A stretch of 64,000 nucleotides of DNA from Pseudomonadota bacterium (GCA_039799905.1 JBDLRP010000021.1:246119-310118), one strand, 5' to 3'. Positions 7,831 through 18,027 are shown, counted from the first letter of the stretch. The notes: generated by a model from the sequence alone, not told the origin. Made by a program: numbers and translations.

Positions 7831-9438
7831 TCAATGCTGCTGGGGAGACAACAACTGCCGCAGAGCCTCAGTTGTCTTTTTGGGATCGTGTCGCGCCAGA
7901 TAGAGAATCTGCTCTTTGTGGGACAACTTCTCGAACGGAACTTCTTCCTGCACCTGAACGCGTTTAGCTGCGGATCCGGAGCGCTCCAGTTCGTAGTCGG
8001 CGATAGCCAGTTGCTCATCCGAACGTTTGTCCGGATCGAATGTCAACCAGCGGAAGTATGGTCTCAACAGCGCGAAATAGAGGAAAATCATCGCCAGCAC
8101 TGAAACCGATGCAATGATCCCCGTCTGAATCAGCGAAGTCTTGCGCGCCGTGAGCGATGCCGCCTCTGCCACAGCCATTTCGTCCATCTCGAACGGAGCG
8201 TTTTCGACCGTGATGGTGTCACGCCCTTCTTGAAAACCAATGGCATTTTTGACCAGCTTGGTGATCATGGCCACTTCTTCGTTCGTCCTTGCGACGTATT
8301 TTCCATCAACCAATTTTCCATCAACAAGCACTGCGGTGGAAATCTTTTTGAGTGATCCGACGGGCTCAATAATCTTGCTGACCGTGCGCTTGACATCGAA
8401 ATTGAGAGTTTCCATCGTCTGTTTGTTGCTGCTTGAACTCCCGCCACCCGTCGTGTCCTCTTTCTCGCCCGGAAGATTACTTTTGGCGCCGGGTACTCCT
8501 GTCGGATTGAGACCCTGCCCCTGCGACGATTGTTCGTTCTTTTGCGAACCAAGAACAACAGTGCGTTCGGGGTCAACATCCTGCACGGTCGTCTCGATCT
8601 TCTTGAAATCAACCTCGGCCTGAACCTTGGCAACGACCTTGTTATGACCAACAACGCGACCCAGTATCTCGCGGATGCTGGTTTCGAGTTCCCGCTCCAC
8701 GCGCTTCTGATACTCTCGCTGCGCACTGGTTACCCGATCGAGTCCGCCGTCTTCCTCTTCGGGCTTGGTCAGCATGTTGCCGAGTTCATCGACGATCGCG
8801 ATATTCTGCGGCTCCAAGCCTTCAACAGCACGGGCAACCAGATGCAGAATACCCTGCACCTGTTTTGGACTGAGCTGTTTTCCGGGCTTCATTCGGAGCA
8901 TGATGCTGGCTGTCGTCGGCTTGCGATCTTGCGTAAAAATTGCAGGGTCCGGCATCACTATATGCACTCTGCTCGACTCAACCGGATCGAGTTTGTTGAT
9001 GCTGCGAGACAATTCCCCTTGAACAGCACGCAGCTTGCTGATGCGCTGATCAAAATCGGTCATGCCGAACGAACGGTCGTCGAACTTTTCCCAACCAGTC
9101 GAGACACCATTGCTGGGCAATCCCTCTTGGGCAAGAATCATCTTGTATTCGTTCAACTTAGTATCTGGAAACAGCAGTGTCTCACCTTCAATTTTGAAGT
9201 CCTGAACGTTTTGCTTCTTGAAGAGAGCAAGAATTGAAGTGCGGTCTTCATGTGAAAGATTGGAATAAGCAATTTCATAGTTGGAATCTGGACGGTAAAA
9301 TGCGACCGCCAGCAAAATAGAAAAGACCGATGCGACACCGACAAGCAACGCAATTTTGCGTCCAGTCGTCAGTCCCTTGTAGAATACAGCCGACTGCGAA
9401 CGGAATTGATCGAAGAATGTCTTTAAGCGCTCAAACAT
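7831..9438 (-). CDS. fliF: Flagellar MS-ring protein FliF
   Basis: GWEKFD..FGMTDF, RAVQGELSRSI, RVHIVMP, GVPGAKSNLP, two TMs; follows fliE. Confidence 0.95.
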   Translation of the reverse strand: MFERLKTFFDQFRSQSAVFYKGLTTGRKIALLVGVASVFSILLAVAFYRPDSNYEIAYSNLSHEDRTSILALFKKQNVQDFKIEGETLLFPDTKLNEYKMILAQEGLPSNGVSTGWEKFDDRSFGMTDFDQRISKLRAVQGELSRSINKLDPVESSRVHIVMPDPAIFTQDRKPTTASIMLRMKPGKQLSPKQVQGILHLVARAVEGLEPQNIAIVDELGNMLTKPEEEDGGLDRVTSAQREYQKRVERELETSIREILGRVVGHNKVVAKVQAEVDFKKIETTVQDVDPERTVVLGSQKNEQSSQGQGLNPTGVPGAKSNLPGEKEDTTGGGSSSSNKQTMETLNFDVKRTVSKIIEPVGSLKKISTAVLVDGKLVDGKYVARTNEEVAMITKLVKNAIGFQEGRDTITVENAPFEMDEMAVAEAASLTARKTSLIQTGIIASVSVLAMIFLYFALLRPYFRWLTFDPDKRSDEQLAIADYELERSGSAAKRVQVQEEVPFEKLSHKEQILYLARHDPKKTTEALRQLLSPQQH

Positions 9439-9504
9439 CGTTCCTCAACCCACCCAAAAACGTACAATTAAAAAAAATACGAATTTCGATAAAACACGGA
9501 AAAT

Positions 9505-9843
9505 TCAGACCTGCATGCGCATGACGTCCTGATAGGCCTCGATGGCCTTGTTCCTCATCTGGACAAGCATGTTGAATCCAAGCTCCGCTTTAGACATGGA
9601 CAACATAGTTTCATGAATGTTGCTTGACTTGCCAGTTGCGAGATCCATGCTCGCCTTGTCGCTTTCACGCATGCTCTTGTTGACGTCGGAAAGCCCCTCT
9701 TTGAGCAGATTGAGAAACTCGCCTGTTTCTCCCGCACCATCGACGCCTGACGACTTTTTACCTGCGGAACTGCCGCCCAATGAGCGGAGGTCCGAATCAA
9801 TTGAACCCAAGTCCATAGGCTTGGAAGTTGCACTGCGTATCAT
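9505..9843 (-). CDS. fliE: Flagellar hook-basal body protein FliE
   Basis: NIHETMLSMSKAE...QMRNKAIEAYQDVMRMQV. Confidence 0.95.
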   Translation of the reverse strand: MIRSATSKPMDLGSIDSDLRSLGGSSAGKKSSGVDGAGETGEFLNLLKEGLSDVNKSMRESDKASMDLATGKSSNIHETMLSMSKAELGFNMLVQMRNKAIEAYQDVMRMQV

Positions 9844-9854
9844 CCGTCAGCTCC

Positions 9855-10298
9855 TTATCCGCGACCAATGTTGATTGCGGTGTTGGCCATCGATTTGGTT
9901 GCATTCAGTGCTGTTGTGTTGGCTTCAAAAGCTCTGTTGGAGGTGATCATATTGACCATTTCTTCCATCACACTGATGTTGGGCATCGCAACCATGCCGT
10001 TCTGGTCGGCGTCCGGATGACCGGGGTTGTAAACCATTTTTGGTGCTTTTTGATCTTCGATGATGCCGTCAACCTTGACCTCCTTGAGATTGGGATCAAA
10101 AGCCTGACGCATCAGGTTGTCGAATGTCACGCCGGTGTCGCGCGCTGTAAATACAACGTCTTTGCGCTTGTATGGGCCGCTGCCGTCTTCCGTGCGTGTT
10201 GTATTGGCATTGGCAAGGTTGGACGAAATCACGTTCATGCGCACGCGCTCTGCAGCGAGTGCCGAGGAGCTGATTTTCATACCGTTAAGGAAGCTCAT
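9855..10298 (-). CDS. flgC: Flagellar basal-body rod protein FlgC
   Basis: NVISSNLANANTT, YNPGHPDAD, EEMVNMITSNRAFEAN. Confidence 0.97.
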   Translation of the reverse strand: MSFLNGMKISSSALAAERVRMNVISSNLANANTTRTEDGSGPYKRKDVVFTARDTGVTFDNLMRQAFDPNLKEVKVDGIIEDQKAPKMVYNPGHPDADQNGMVAMPNISVMEEMVNMITSNRAFEANTTALNATKSMANTAINIGRG

Positions 10299-10303
10299 GA
10301 GTA

Positions 10304-10729
10304 TTACCTCCCGCCGTTGATTCCGTATCGCAACATGGCAAGACGACGGTTGAGAAGCTCAACCGTCGCCCTGTAAAGAGTCTGGTTCCAGGCCAAGTCG
10401 GACATTTCCGCATCCAAATCGACGGTGTTACCGTCGTTGCCGATGCTTTCGGTAGGCTTGACGTGCAAGTCACCGCGGAGATCACCATTCACGGTAAGCC
10501 CCTGATGTTTGAAGTGACGGCCATCTGTGGCCTGAATTCTCATCTGACCGTCATTTCCAACCGCAGCCCGAAGCTGTTCTTCGAACTCGTATCCCATTGC
10601 CCGGTAACCTGGGGTCTGCGCATTCGAGATGTTGCTCGTGATGACGTTCTGCTTGATGAGGCGCTGATTCAAGCTCTCCTCAAGCACGGCATCTGCTTTT
10701 GCGAAGACCTGGTTACTGGTAATTTTCAT
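10304..10729 (-). CDS. flgB: Flagellar basal-body rod protein FlgB
   Basis: SNISNAQTPGY, DGNTVDLDAEM. Confidence 0.95.
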   Translation of the reverse strand: MKITSNQVFAKADAVLEESLNQRLIKQNVITSNISNAQTPGYRAMGYEFEEQLRAAVGNDGQMRIQATDGRHFKHQGLTVNGDLRGDLHVKPTESIGNDGNTVDLDAEMSDLAWNQTLYRATVELLNRRLAMLRYGINGGR

Positions 10730-11808
10730 ACATTCTTACCTTCAACCTCGTATCCGCACTCGACGAGTTCGTTGAGCTTGTAGCGCAATGCGCGCAAAGA
10801 GATGCCCAACGCTTTTGCAGTGTGCGTCCGGTTTCCGTTCATACGGCGCAAAGTTTGCAGGATCAGGCGTTGCTCGAGCTCACGCAGGGTGATTTGCGGA
10901 AGCGCATCGCTCATCGCCACTTCGGTGCGGCTGTTGGCCTTCATCAAATGGAGTTCTTCCACGCTGATGTAGTCGCGGGTTGCCAGCAAAACCGAGCGCT
11001 GAATCACGTTGCGCAGTTCGCGCACGTTGCCCGGCCATGTGTAGGTTCTCAGGGCCTGCTTGGCTGTCGGCGACAACTGAACATTCTTCGAGAACTGCAT
11101 GTTGTATTCACGCAGGAAGATCTCTGAATAGAAGTCGACGTCGACCGTGCGGGTGCGCAGCGGCTCGATATCAAGCTGAATGACGTGCAGCTTGAAATAG
11201 AGGTCGTTGCGGAAACGCTGTGCGTTGACTTCATCGTTGATGTTTTTGTGCGTGCAGGCAATCACACGCGCATCAGCTGCGGTACCGCGACGGACTGCGC
11301 CCTTGTTCACATCCTGCTCTTTGAGAATTCTCAAAAGCTTGAGCTGTAGCTGCGGATCAAGCTCGGTAATTTCATCAAGCATCAAAGTGCCGGACTCCGG
11401 CGTGCGCGGAAGTCCATATTCATTACCGCCTCTGTGGCCCGCGAAGATTTCCATTTCAAAGAAATTCTGCGGAATGTTCGAACAGCTGGCGACGACAAAA
11501 CGGCCGCGATCACGACCACCGGCAATATGAATTGCCTTGGCGAGCGTTTCTTTTCCTGTTCCGCTCTCACCGGTAATCAGTACCGGCACTTTCGTAGGTG
11601 CAACAGTGCGTGCGACTTCGAGAATCTTGTACATCTTCTCGTCACGGGTTGGAAAATGACGAAGCATTTCTTCTTCTGAGATGCGCCCTTCGACGTTCGC
11701 AAAAGCAGCTCCGAGATTGCCGGCATTGCGCCCGCTGTCGAGCCCCGCTCCGCCGTTGAAATTCGGATTCTCTATATCAAACAACCCCAATGGTCTGGCT
11801 TCGCTCAT
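10726..11808 (-). CDS. NtrC/Fis-family AAA+ transcriptional regulator lacking the GAFTGA loop and a receiver domain
   Basis: VLITGESGTGKE, LMLDEI, WPGNVRELRN, C-terminal GNRTHTAKALGISLRALRYKL; start after GGGGGAAG. Confidence 0.88.
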   Translation of the reverse strand: MSEARPLGLFDIENPNFNGGAGLDSGRNAGNLGAAFANVEGRISEEEMLRHFPTRDEKMYKILEVARTVAPTKVPVLITGESGTGKETLAKAIHIAGGRDRGRFVVASCSNIPQNFFEMEIFAGHRGGNEYGLPRTPESGTLMLDEITELDPQLQLKLLRILKEQDVNKGAVRRGTAADARVIACTHKNINDEVNAQRFRNDLYFKLHVIQLDIEPLRTRTVDVDFYSEIFLREYNMQFSKNVQLSPTAKQALRTYTWPGNVRELRNVIQRSVLLATRDYISVEELHLMKANSRTEVAMSDALPQITLRELEQRLILQTLRRMNGNRTHTAKALGISLRALRYKLNELVECGYEVEGKNV

Positions 11809-11833
11809 CTGACTTCCCCCCGATTTGTTGGCG

Positions 11834-13996
11834 TTAGCGAATTCTTTCCAGTCTCTCGTTTGCGAGCGACGAGAATTTTTTGTCAGTGACATCAGCAGCG
11901 GACATCTGCCATGCAGTCTTGGCCTTCTCGACCATTCCCGCACGTGCATAGACAAGCCCCGCTTTGTAGGAGGCCTCCGCCTTTTTGCTCGTCTGGGCGA
12001 GGTTGGCGACTGTCATGTAGACATCACCCGCCTTTGCCAGACGTCCGTTGTTGCGCAGATCGTCCGCGTATCCCATCAGCGCGCCTTCAATTCGTCGCGC
12101 CTCGTCATCGTTTCGCGGTGAGGTTGTCATAAGCACGTCAAAAACCTTGTCGGCGTCTTCACGGCCGCGTGCGGCATTCGCAAGAGTCACCAACATTCCG
12201 ACGTCACGCTCGACGTAACGTCCAAATTTCATTTCATCGATGAGCAAAGACTGTGCAGTCTTTGACAAATATGGAGAGCGCGCAGATTCCTTGACTGCAG
12301 CAGTCGCCCTGTCCGAAAGTCCGGTGTTCTTGCGCACATCACTCGCATAAAGCTTCTTGAGCGCCTGTTCAGCTTTGTCACGCTGCTGCTGTTTGTTCTG
12401 CAGCTGAGCCGTCAATGCCAGCGCCTCATTTCTCTTGGCCTCGTCTGCCGTGGAGCTTGTGAAAATCTGCAGAAGTGCGAGCGCACGTTTTGCATCGCCC
12501 ACAGACAACCAACCTTCCACTCTTGCCATCAGCAAATCAGGCTCGCGCAGCGTAAAGTCGAGCAGCCCCGACCTCGCGTTGCGTTCAAAATCCGCGAGTG
12601 CCTGAAAATCCTTTTTTCGCGCCAGCTCTTCGACAATAAACCGGACTCTGTTGGCGAGCTCGTCCTGCAGGAGTGCAACTCGCGGATCCTGTGCGTAGCG
12701 TCCGCGGAATCTTTGCAATGCTGCATCAGCACTGACGGCATCAAGTTGGCTGACAGAAAATTTTGTCTGAATGAAGGCGCAGCTCTGTCGGAACTGTTCG
12801 GATACATACTGGCCGTTGAGGCAGCTTTGTATCGCCGCCTGATGATTACGAGCGGCCTCGGGTCGGGTACTGATGACCGGTTCCAGCAGACGCACTGCAG
12901 CTCCGATGCGCGCCGCCCAAGGCGCATTTTCACTCAGCGCAACTTCGCTGTAACGTTCGTTGAGGTCTTGCGCGACCGTGCCGCCCTGTTTTTCAAGCTT
13001 CAGATCAGCCAGCCGGAATTTGCCCAGAGCACCCATCTCATGCGACGGGAAACGGCCAACCAAAGTTTGCAGAAAGTCACTCGCGAGATCCGGCTTTCCT
13101 TCGAGAAATGCGGACTCACCGGCCATCCACAAGAGGCGCGGGCTATCCTGAAAACGACGTCCGTTAAGTGCGGTCAGTCGGCGGAAAAGAGTCACTGCCT
13201 GTCGTGTTTGTCCGGAACGGTACAGTGCCGTTGCAAGCTTTTCGAGAGAGTCAAATTCAGCGGGTAAACCGGTATCAGCTCCAGCCTGTCGCTCGAGAGT
13301 CGCAAGAGCATCACCCGAAAGTGTTGCAACCGATTCCAGCCGAGCTTTTTGCGTCTGTCCGCCACGCGCATTTGCAGGCGAATCGGACAGCAGCGTGGAA
13401 TTCAGTTTGGGATTGTTCGACTGGGCAACTGTCAAATCGTCTGCAGGCAGATCGATCTCAACCGGCTTGACGACGACTGGGAAAGTCTCTGCGGACGACT
13501 CTCTTGCGGTCTTTGCCGCATCCTGTGATTTGCCGGATGCATCATCCTGCCATTTCCATTCCTGATCGAGCGTGCGCGGCTCAGCAGGCTCGGTCCTCCA
13601 GATGTCTACAACCAGTCTCCAAGGTCCTTCTTGGTGAGTCACCAGCCATGCAACAGGAGCGTTTTTCAATTGGAACGAAAGAACAACGTCGCCGTTCTTT
13701 TCTTCAACGACAACGCGATGAATGAATCGGGTGTCATAAAACCGGCTGACGTCGAATTCCGACGCCCGTGCCGGACTGACCCTGATCTCAAGCGAGCGGG
13801 TCTCTTTCAGATAGCGTGTTGCAAAGCGGCGGGCCGCGCCCAGTTCAAATGCTGCACGGTAGCTGTCTTTGCCTGCTACAAACTGTTCCGGCAGACGGTT
13901 TTTACCGTCTGCAGTTCCGCCGCCAAAAGCATTTGCAGCCGGCACAATCAGGCCGAGCAGCAAAAACCGGCTGAACCTTTTGGAGCAGTTGAACAC
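11834..13996 (-). CDS. Exported TPR-containing protein, first gene of the flagellar operon
   Basis: Signal peptide ending ANA; helical TPR-like repeats (AEASYKAGLVYARAG...AKTAW). Confidence 0.75.
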   Translation of the reverse strand: MFNCSKRFSRFLLLGLIVPAANAFGGGTADGKNRLPEQFVAGKDSYRAAFELGAARRFATRYLKETRSLEIRVSPARASEFDVSRFYDTRFIHRVVVEEKNGDVVLSFQLKNAPVAWLVTHQEGPWRLVVDIWRTEPAEPRTLDQEWKWQDDASGKSQDAAKTARESSAETFPVVVKPVEIDLPADDLTVAQSNNPKLNSTLLSDSPANARGGQTQKARLESVATLSGDALATLERQAGADTGLPAEFDSLEKLATALYRSGQTRQAVTLFRRLTALNGRRFQDSPRLLWMAGESAFLEGKPDLASDFLQTLVGRFPSHEMGALGKFRLADLKLEKQGGTVAQDLNERYSEVALSENAPWAARIGAAVRLLEPVISTRPEAARNHQAAIQSCLNGQYVSEQFRQSCAFIQTKFSVSQLDAVSADAALQRFRGRYAQDPRVALLQDELANRVRFIVEELARKKDFQALADFERNARSGLLDFTLREPDLLMARVEGWLSVGDAKRALALLQIFTSSTADEAKRNEALALTAQLQNKQQQRDKAEQALKKLYASDVRKNTGLSDRATAAVKESARSPYLSKTAQSLLIDEMKFGRYVERDVGMLVTLANAARGREDADKVFDVLMTTSPRNDDEARRIEGALMGYADDLRNNGRLAKAGDVYMTVANLAQTSKKAEASYKAGLVYARAGMVEKAKTAWQMSAADVTDKKFSSLANERLERIR

Positions 13997-14079
13997 GCAA
14001 ACCCCCGTCCGAGAGACACCGCATTCATCAGCGTTGCCTCACAATTCCGAGATTAGCGCAGCCCAAAAAATTAAGTTCT

Positions 14080-14203
14080 GTCTGGTTTTTGACCTAATAA
14101 TTCCTTTGACACAAACAAAAGTGCCGCATTTTTTTTCTCAATCATTCTCGTAATCAATTTTTCGACACCATCAGTTTTTCCGACACCTGACGGTTTTTTT
14201 GAC
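14080..14203. promoter_or_regulatory. Array of five 14-15 bp boxes ending in YGAC, putative FleQ-like regulator binding sites
   Basis: gtctggtttttgac 14080-93, ataattcctttgac 14097-110, atcaatttttcgac 14153-66, atcagtttttccgac 14170-84, gacggtttttttgac 14189-203. Confidence 0.55.
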
Positions 14204-14236
14204 GTGTTATTTCCATGACAAGGTCTCTTCTCGCAC

Positions 14237-14716
14237 CTATTTCGAAACAATTGCGCAGGTCGGAACAGTCAGTTGAGAACAGTCACGTTCAATTTGTCCG
14301 CCAGCCACAGCGAAAGTCGCAACCATCCGGAATCCGTTCCAATCTCTGCTGAGTCGCAATGAATCACGAAGGGAATGAAAATGTCCCAACAGTGTCAAGT
14401 CACTCCATCCGGCGGTCACTCCGAAATATCCTGACCAAGCGCTAACATTTCCGCATGTTCGCTGGGACACGCAGACACTGTCCTCTCTCCGTTCGATAAA
14501 ATGAATGATCGTTGGAACCGAAGGGACATCTCCACAAGGAATCAATGCCGCAATCTTTCTTGATGGCATATGATCCTTCGCTGAATCAGATGGGTTTGTA
14601 TCAACAAACTGAATCAACAGATCCTCGCACTTACTAGAGGCCAGTGCGTAGTGATGCGAAAACAGACCGCAACATACGAAAATCAAACGCGCCACGGACT
14701 CTTTTTGAAAGAGCAT
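14237..14716 (-). CDS. Exported Cys-rich hypothetical protein
   Basis: GAGGTG SD, signal peptide ending ALA, six Cys in the mature part. Confidence 0.6.
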   Translation of the reverse strand: MLFQKESVARLIFVCCGLFSHHYALASSKCEDLLIQFVDTNPSDSAKDHMPSRKIAALIPCGDVPSVPTIIHFIERREDSVCVSQRTCGNVSAWSGYFGVTAGWSDLTLLGHFHSLRDSLRLSRDWNGFRMVATFAVAGGQIERDCSQLTVPTCAIVSK

Positions 14717-14727
14717 GAAACATCACC

Positions 14728-15222
14728 TCATCTAAGTTGTGAAACCTGCAGAATTTCATCACAGCGAATCGAGAACTCATGGTTCCGATAGCCCAGCCAG
14801 AAGCTCACGGCAGTCCAGCCAATGGGGATCGGCACACTGTTGATGAGCAGTGAGAAGTCCCGTCGCACGTCGGTGCAATAACGACGCTCGCAAGACTTTA
14901 TCGAAGCGGACTGAAAGGCTTTCAGTTTCAAGTCATCTATCAAAACAAGGTCAGCGGAAGGGCTGTCAAAACTGCGCGGTACCAAACAGAGATCAATAAC
15001 CGTGAGACCGGCATGAATCCCCCACCGCGGCATCGTGCGCAACGAAACCAGGGCGACCTTGTCACTGCCGGCATCTGATTCGTCGGAACAAACCAACGAG
15101 GGAGGGACACCCTCGCCGACGTGACGGCAACTCAAACTGTCTGCAAGAGCGGGCGAACAAACCACAACGGTTAGCGGAATGAATAACCATCGCAAGGAGT
15201 CAACTACCGACATGCAACTCAT
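14728..15222 (-). CDS. Exported Cys-rich hypothetical protein
   Basis: GAGGAGG SD before ATG 15222; signal peptide ending ALA. Confidence 0.6.
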   Translation of the reverse strand: MSCMSVVDSLRWLFIPLTVVVCSPALADSLSCRHVGEGVPPSLVCSDESDAGSDKVALVSLRTMPRWGIHAGLTVIDLCLVPRSFDSPSADLVLIDDLKLKAFQSASIKSCERRYCTDVRRDFSLLINSVPIPIGWTAVSFWLGYRNHEFSIRCDEILQVSQLR

Positions 15223-15462
15223 TTCTGGCCTCCTCACATTGTGTCTGGGAAACAGCAGTGCTCAGAATAGTTTTTGTTGCCTCGAACTCAAGTTGGGATT
15301 TTTACTTCGTGAAAACCGTCGCTCTTTCGAATTTGAAATATTCCTGCCACCGCGGACTGTCGCTTCAGCAAACCGACCACACCACCTGTTCAATTCCCCT
15401 TTTCGTTTTTTCCCTTGAGAAGTAAGATGCTTGCAACCTATGACTAGACGGAGAAAAGTGTA

Positions 15463-16200
15463 ATGCTGAGTTCGCTGAAGACGCTTATTTTTTGGCTTTT
15501 TTTCATGTTCTCGGGCGTCGCAATGCAGCTTCTTCTCCTCCTCAGGCTCTCCCTGGTCAACGATGAGGCCAGGCGTCAACAGCTCGCCCAAAGGTTTAGA
15601 CTGATTTGGTCCGCCATAAGCCTCCGTCTTTTTTTCAATACCGGATCACTCAACAAGCTCATCACTCACTCAGAGGGCTTGCCGAAACAGTTTATTTTGA
15701 TTTCCAATCACCGGAGCAATCTGGATCCACTGCTGGTTTCGGTCATCGGCCGTCCACTCGTATTCCTTTCAAAAAAATCGGTTCTCAAAACGCCGGTCAT
15801 TGGTTGGTGGATGAGGTTGTGCGGCGACGTTCCAGTCGACCGAGGCGAAAAATCAAGCCGCGAGAACAGTCTGAACTCAATGAAAGAGCGTCTTGGTCGC
15901 GGCGACTCACTTCTCATCTTTCCCGAGGGGACAAGGCAGACCGACCCGACTGTACCGCTTGGGCAATTTAAAGACGGAGCTTTTCATTTGGCATCACAGA
16001 GTGGAGTACCACTTGTGGCCCTCATTCTAGATAAGACCGACGACATCTGGAAAAAAGGAAGTCTGACACTTAATTTCAAACCTCTGCGATTCTCGATTTC
16101 GCATGCGATCCAGCCACAAGGTAGAAGCTTCAATGAGTTGAAAGAGGAAGCCATTCAAACTATGAACTCTATGGTTCAATCTTTCACTCGGCAAAATTGA
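15463..16200 (+). CDS. plsC: 1-acyl-sn-glycerol-3-phosphate acyltransferase
   Basis: SNHRSNLD (HX4D) and IFPEGTR motifs. Confidence 0.88.
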   Translation: MLSSLKTLIFWLFFMFSGVAMQLLLLLRLSLVNDEARRQQLAQRFRLIWSAISLRLFFNTGSLNKLITHSEGLPKQFILISNHRSNLDPLLVSVIGRPLVFLSKKSVLKTPVIGWWMRLCGDVPVDRGEKSSRENSLNSMKERLGRGDSLLIFPEGTRQTDPTVPLGQFKDGAFHLASQSGVPLVALILDKTDDIWKKGSLTLNFKPLRFSISHAIQPQGRSFNELKEEAIQTMNSMVQSFTRQN

Positions 16201-16221
16201 CTCAAAACAAAGGACTCCAAC

Positions 16222-17208
16222 GTGGAATACCGTCGCCTCGGCAACTCGGGCCTCATGGTCAGTTCTCTTTCCTATGGTTCATGGATCACCTTCGACGCAA
16301 ATTCGGCAGCCACTCAAAAGCAATGCATGTTTGCAGCCTACGATGCCGGCATCAACTTCTTCGACAACGCAGAAGTCTACTCAAACGGAGAATCGGAAGT
16401 TGTCATGGGCGACATCATCAAGTCGGCCGGCTGGGAGCGTGACTCTTATATCATTTCGAGCAAGGTGTTTTGGGGTGGCGGCAAGCCGACACAAAAAGGT
16501 TTGTCGCGCAAACATGTTGTAGACGCCTGCAACAACGCACTGCGCCGTCTCCGGACCGATTACATTGACCTCTATTTTTGTCATCGTCCTGATCCAGTCA
16601 CTCCCGTCGAAGAAACTGTCCGGACGATGAATGACCTCATCTCTCAAGGCAAGATTCTTTATTGGGGGACCAGCGAATGGCCGGCTGACCTCATCACTCA
16701 GGCGCATGCAGTGGCAAAAGAAAATCGCCTCATCGGACCGACGATGGAACAACCCCAGTACAACATGCTGCATCGCGAGCGCATGGAGAAAGAATACCTC
16801 AGACTTTTCAAGAATTATGGAATGGGCACGACCATTTGGTCACCTCTCGCGTCGGGTATACTCACGGGCAAGTACCTGAATGGCGTTCCGAGCGACAGCC
16901 GGTTTGCCAAGGCCGGCATGGAATGGCTGCGGGATATTTATCTCAGCGAAAATGTTGAAAGCATGAACAACAAAATCCGTCACCTGCAAAAGCTGAGTCA
17001 GGAACTTGGAATGACTCTCCCGCAACTGGGAATCAGCTGGTGTGCAGCCAATTCAAACGTCAGCACCGTCATTCTTGGAGCGTCACGCCTCGAACAGCTG
17101 CAGGAAACCCTCAAGGCGGACTCACTGAAGGCGAAGCTGACTCCTGACGTCATGGCAAAAATCGACCAGATTCTTGCAAACGTACCGACACCCGAGAGAG
17201 TATTCTGA
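16222..17208 (+). CDS. Aldo/keto reductase (Kv-beta subunit-like)
   Basis: YRRLGNSGL, GINFFDNAEVY, YWGTSEW, MEQPQYNML, WSPLASG. Confidence 0.93.
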   Translation: MEYRRLGNSGLMVSSLSYGSWITFDANSAATQKQCMFAAYDAGINFFDNAEVYSNGESEVVMGDIIKSAGWERDSYIISSKVFWGGGKPTQKGLSRKHVVDACNNALRRLRTDYIDLYFCHRPDPVTPVEETVRTMNDLISQGKILYWGTSEWPADLITQAHAVAKENRLIGPTMEQPQYNMLHRERMEKEYLRLFKNYGMGTTIWSPLASGILTGKYLNGVPSDSRFAKAGMEWLRDIYLSENVESMNNKIRHLQKLSQELGMTLPQLGISWCAANSNVSTVILGASRLEQLQETLKADSLKAKLTPDVMAKIDQILANVPTPERVF

Positions 17209-17259
17209 CAGCATCAGTCAGCTCTCCAACAGCACAACATATTCCTTCAAGGATAAGAC

Positions 17260-18027
17260 ATGGAAGCGTTACTTTCATCTGAAATTCTTATGAGCCTCCT
17301 CACCTTGACGGTGATGGAGATTGTCCTCGGGATCGACAACATTATTTTCATCAGTCTTCTGGCCGGACGTCTTCCGCATGACCAGCGCAAAAAAGCGCGT
17401 CAGTGGGGACTCGGTCTGGCAGCAGCCATGCGTGTCGGGCTTCTCTTTGGCGTTTCCTGGCTTGCCTCGCTGACCAACCCGCTCTTTCAAGTCGCGGGCA
17501 AAGACATCTCAATCAAGAGCCTCATTCTGCTCTCTGGCGGAATTTTCCTTCTCTACAAAGCGACCAAGGAAATCCATCACAAAATTGAGCTGGCCACCGA
17601 CACTGGACCGTCAGCAAAACTGAGCCTCACGTTTGCCAGCGCAATCTCGCAAATCATTCTCATCGATTTGGTCTTTTCGATTGACTCCATCATCACCGCC
17701 ATCGGCATGACCCAGAGTATTGTCGTGATGGTTGTCGCAAACCTGCTCGCACTCGCATTGATGATAATTTACGGCGGCACCATTGGTGATTACGTCGACA
17801 AGCATCCTTCCATCAAAATGCTCGCACTAAGCTTTCTGCTGATGATTGGCGTTCTGCTTGTGGCCGAAAGTTTCAGCTACCATATTCCGAAAGGCTACCT
17901 GTATTTTGCCATGGCCTTCAGCGTGATAGTGGAGATGTTGAATCTGCGCGCCGGTGCGCGTAAACATCCGCCTGCTCACCCACCGGTTTCACACCCAGAA
18001 CAGTCTCAAGCTCAGCAGTCGCCGTAG
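17260..18027 (+). CDS. TerC-family membrane protein
   Basis: MEIVLGIDNIIFI, DLVFSIDSIITAIG, IPKGYLYFAMAFS. Confidence 0.93.
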   Translation: MEALLSSEILMSLLTLTVMEIVLGIDNIIFISLLAGRLPHDQRKKARQWGLGLAAAMRVGLLFGVSWLASLTNPLFQVAGKDISIKSLILLSGGIFLLYKATKEIHHKIELATDTGPSAKLSLTFASAISQIILIDLVFSIDSIITAIGMTQSIVVMVVANLLALALMIIYGGTIGDYVDKHPSIKMLALSFLLMIGVLLVAESFSYHIPKGYLYFAMAFSVIVEMLNLRAGARKHPPAHPPVSHPEQSQAQQSP

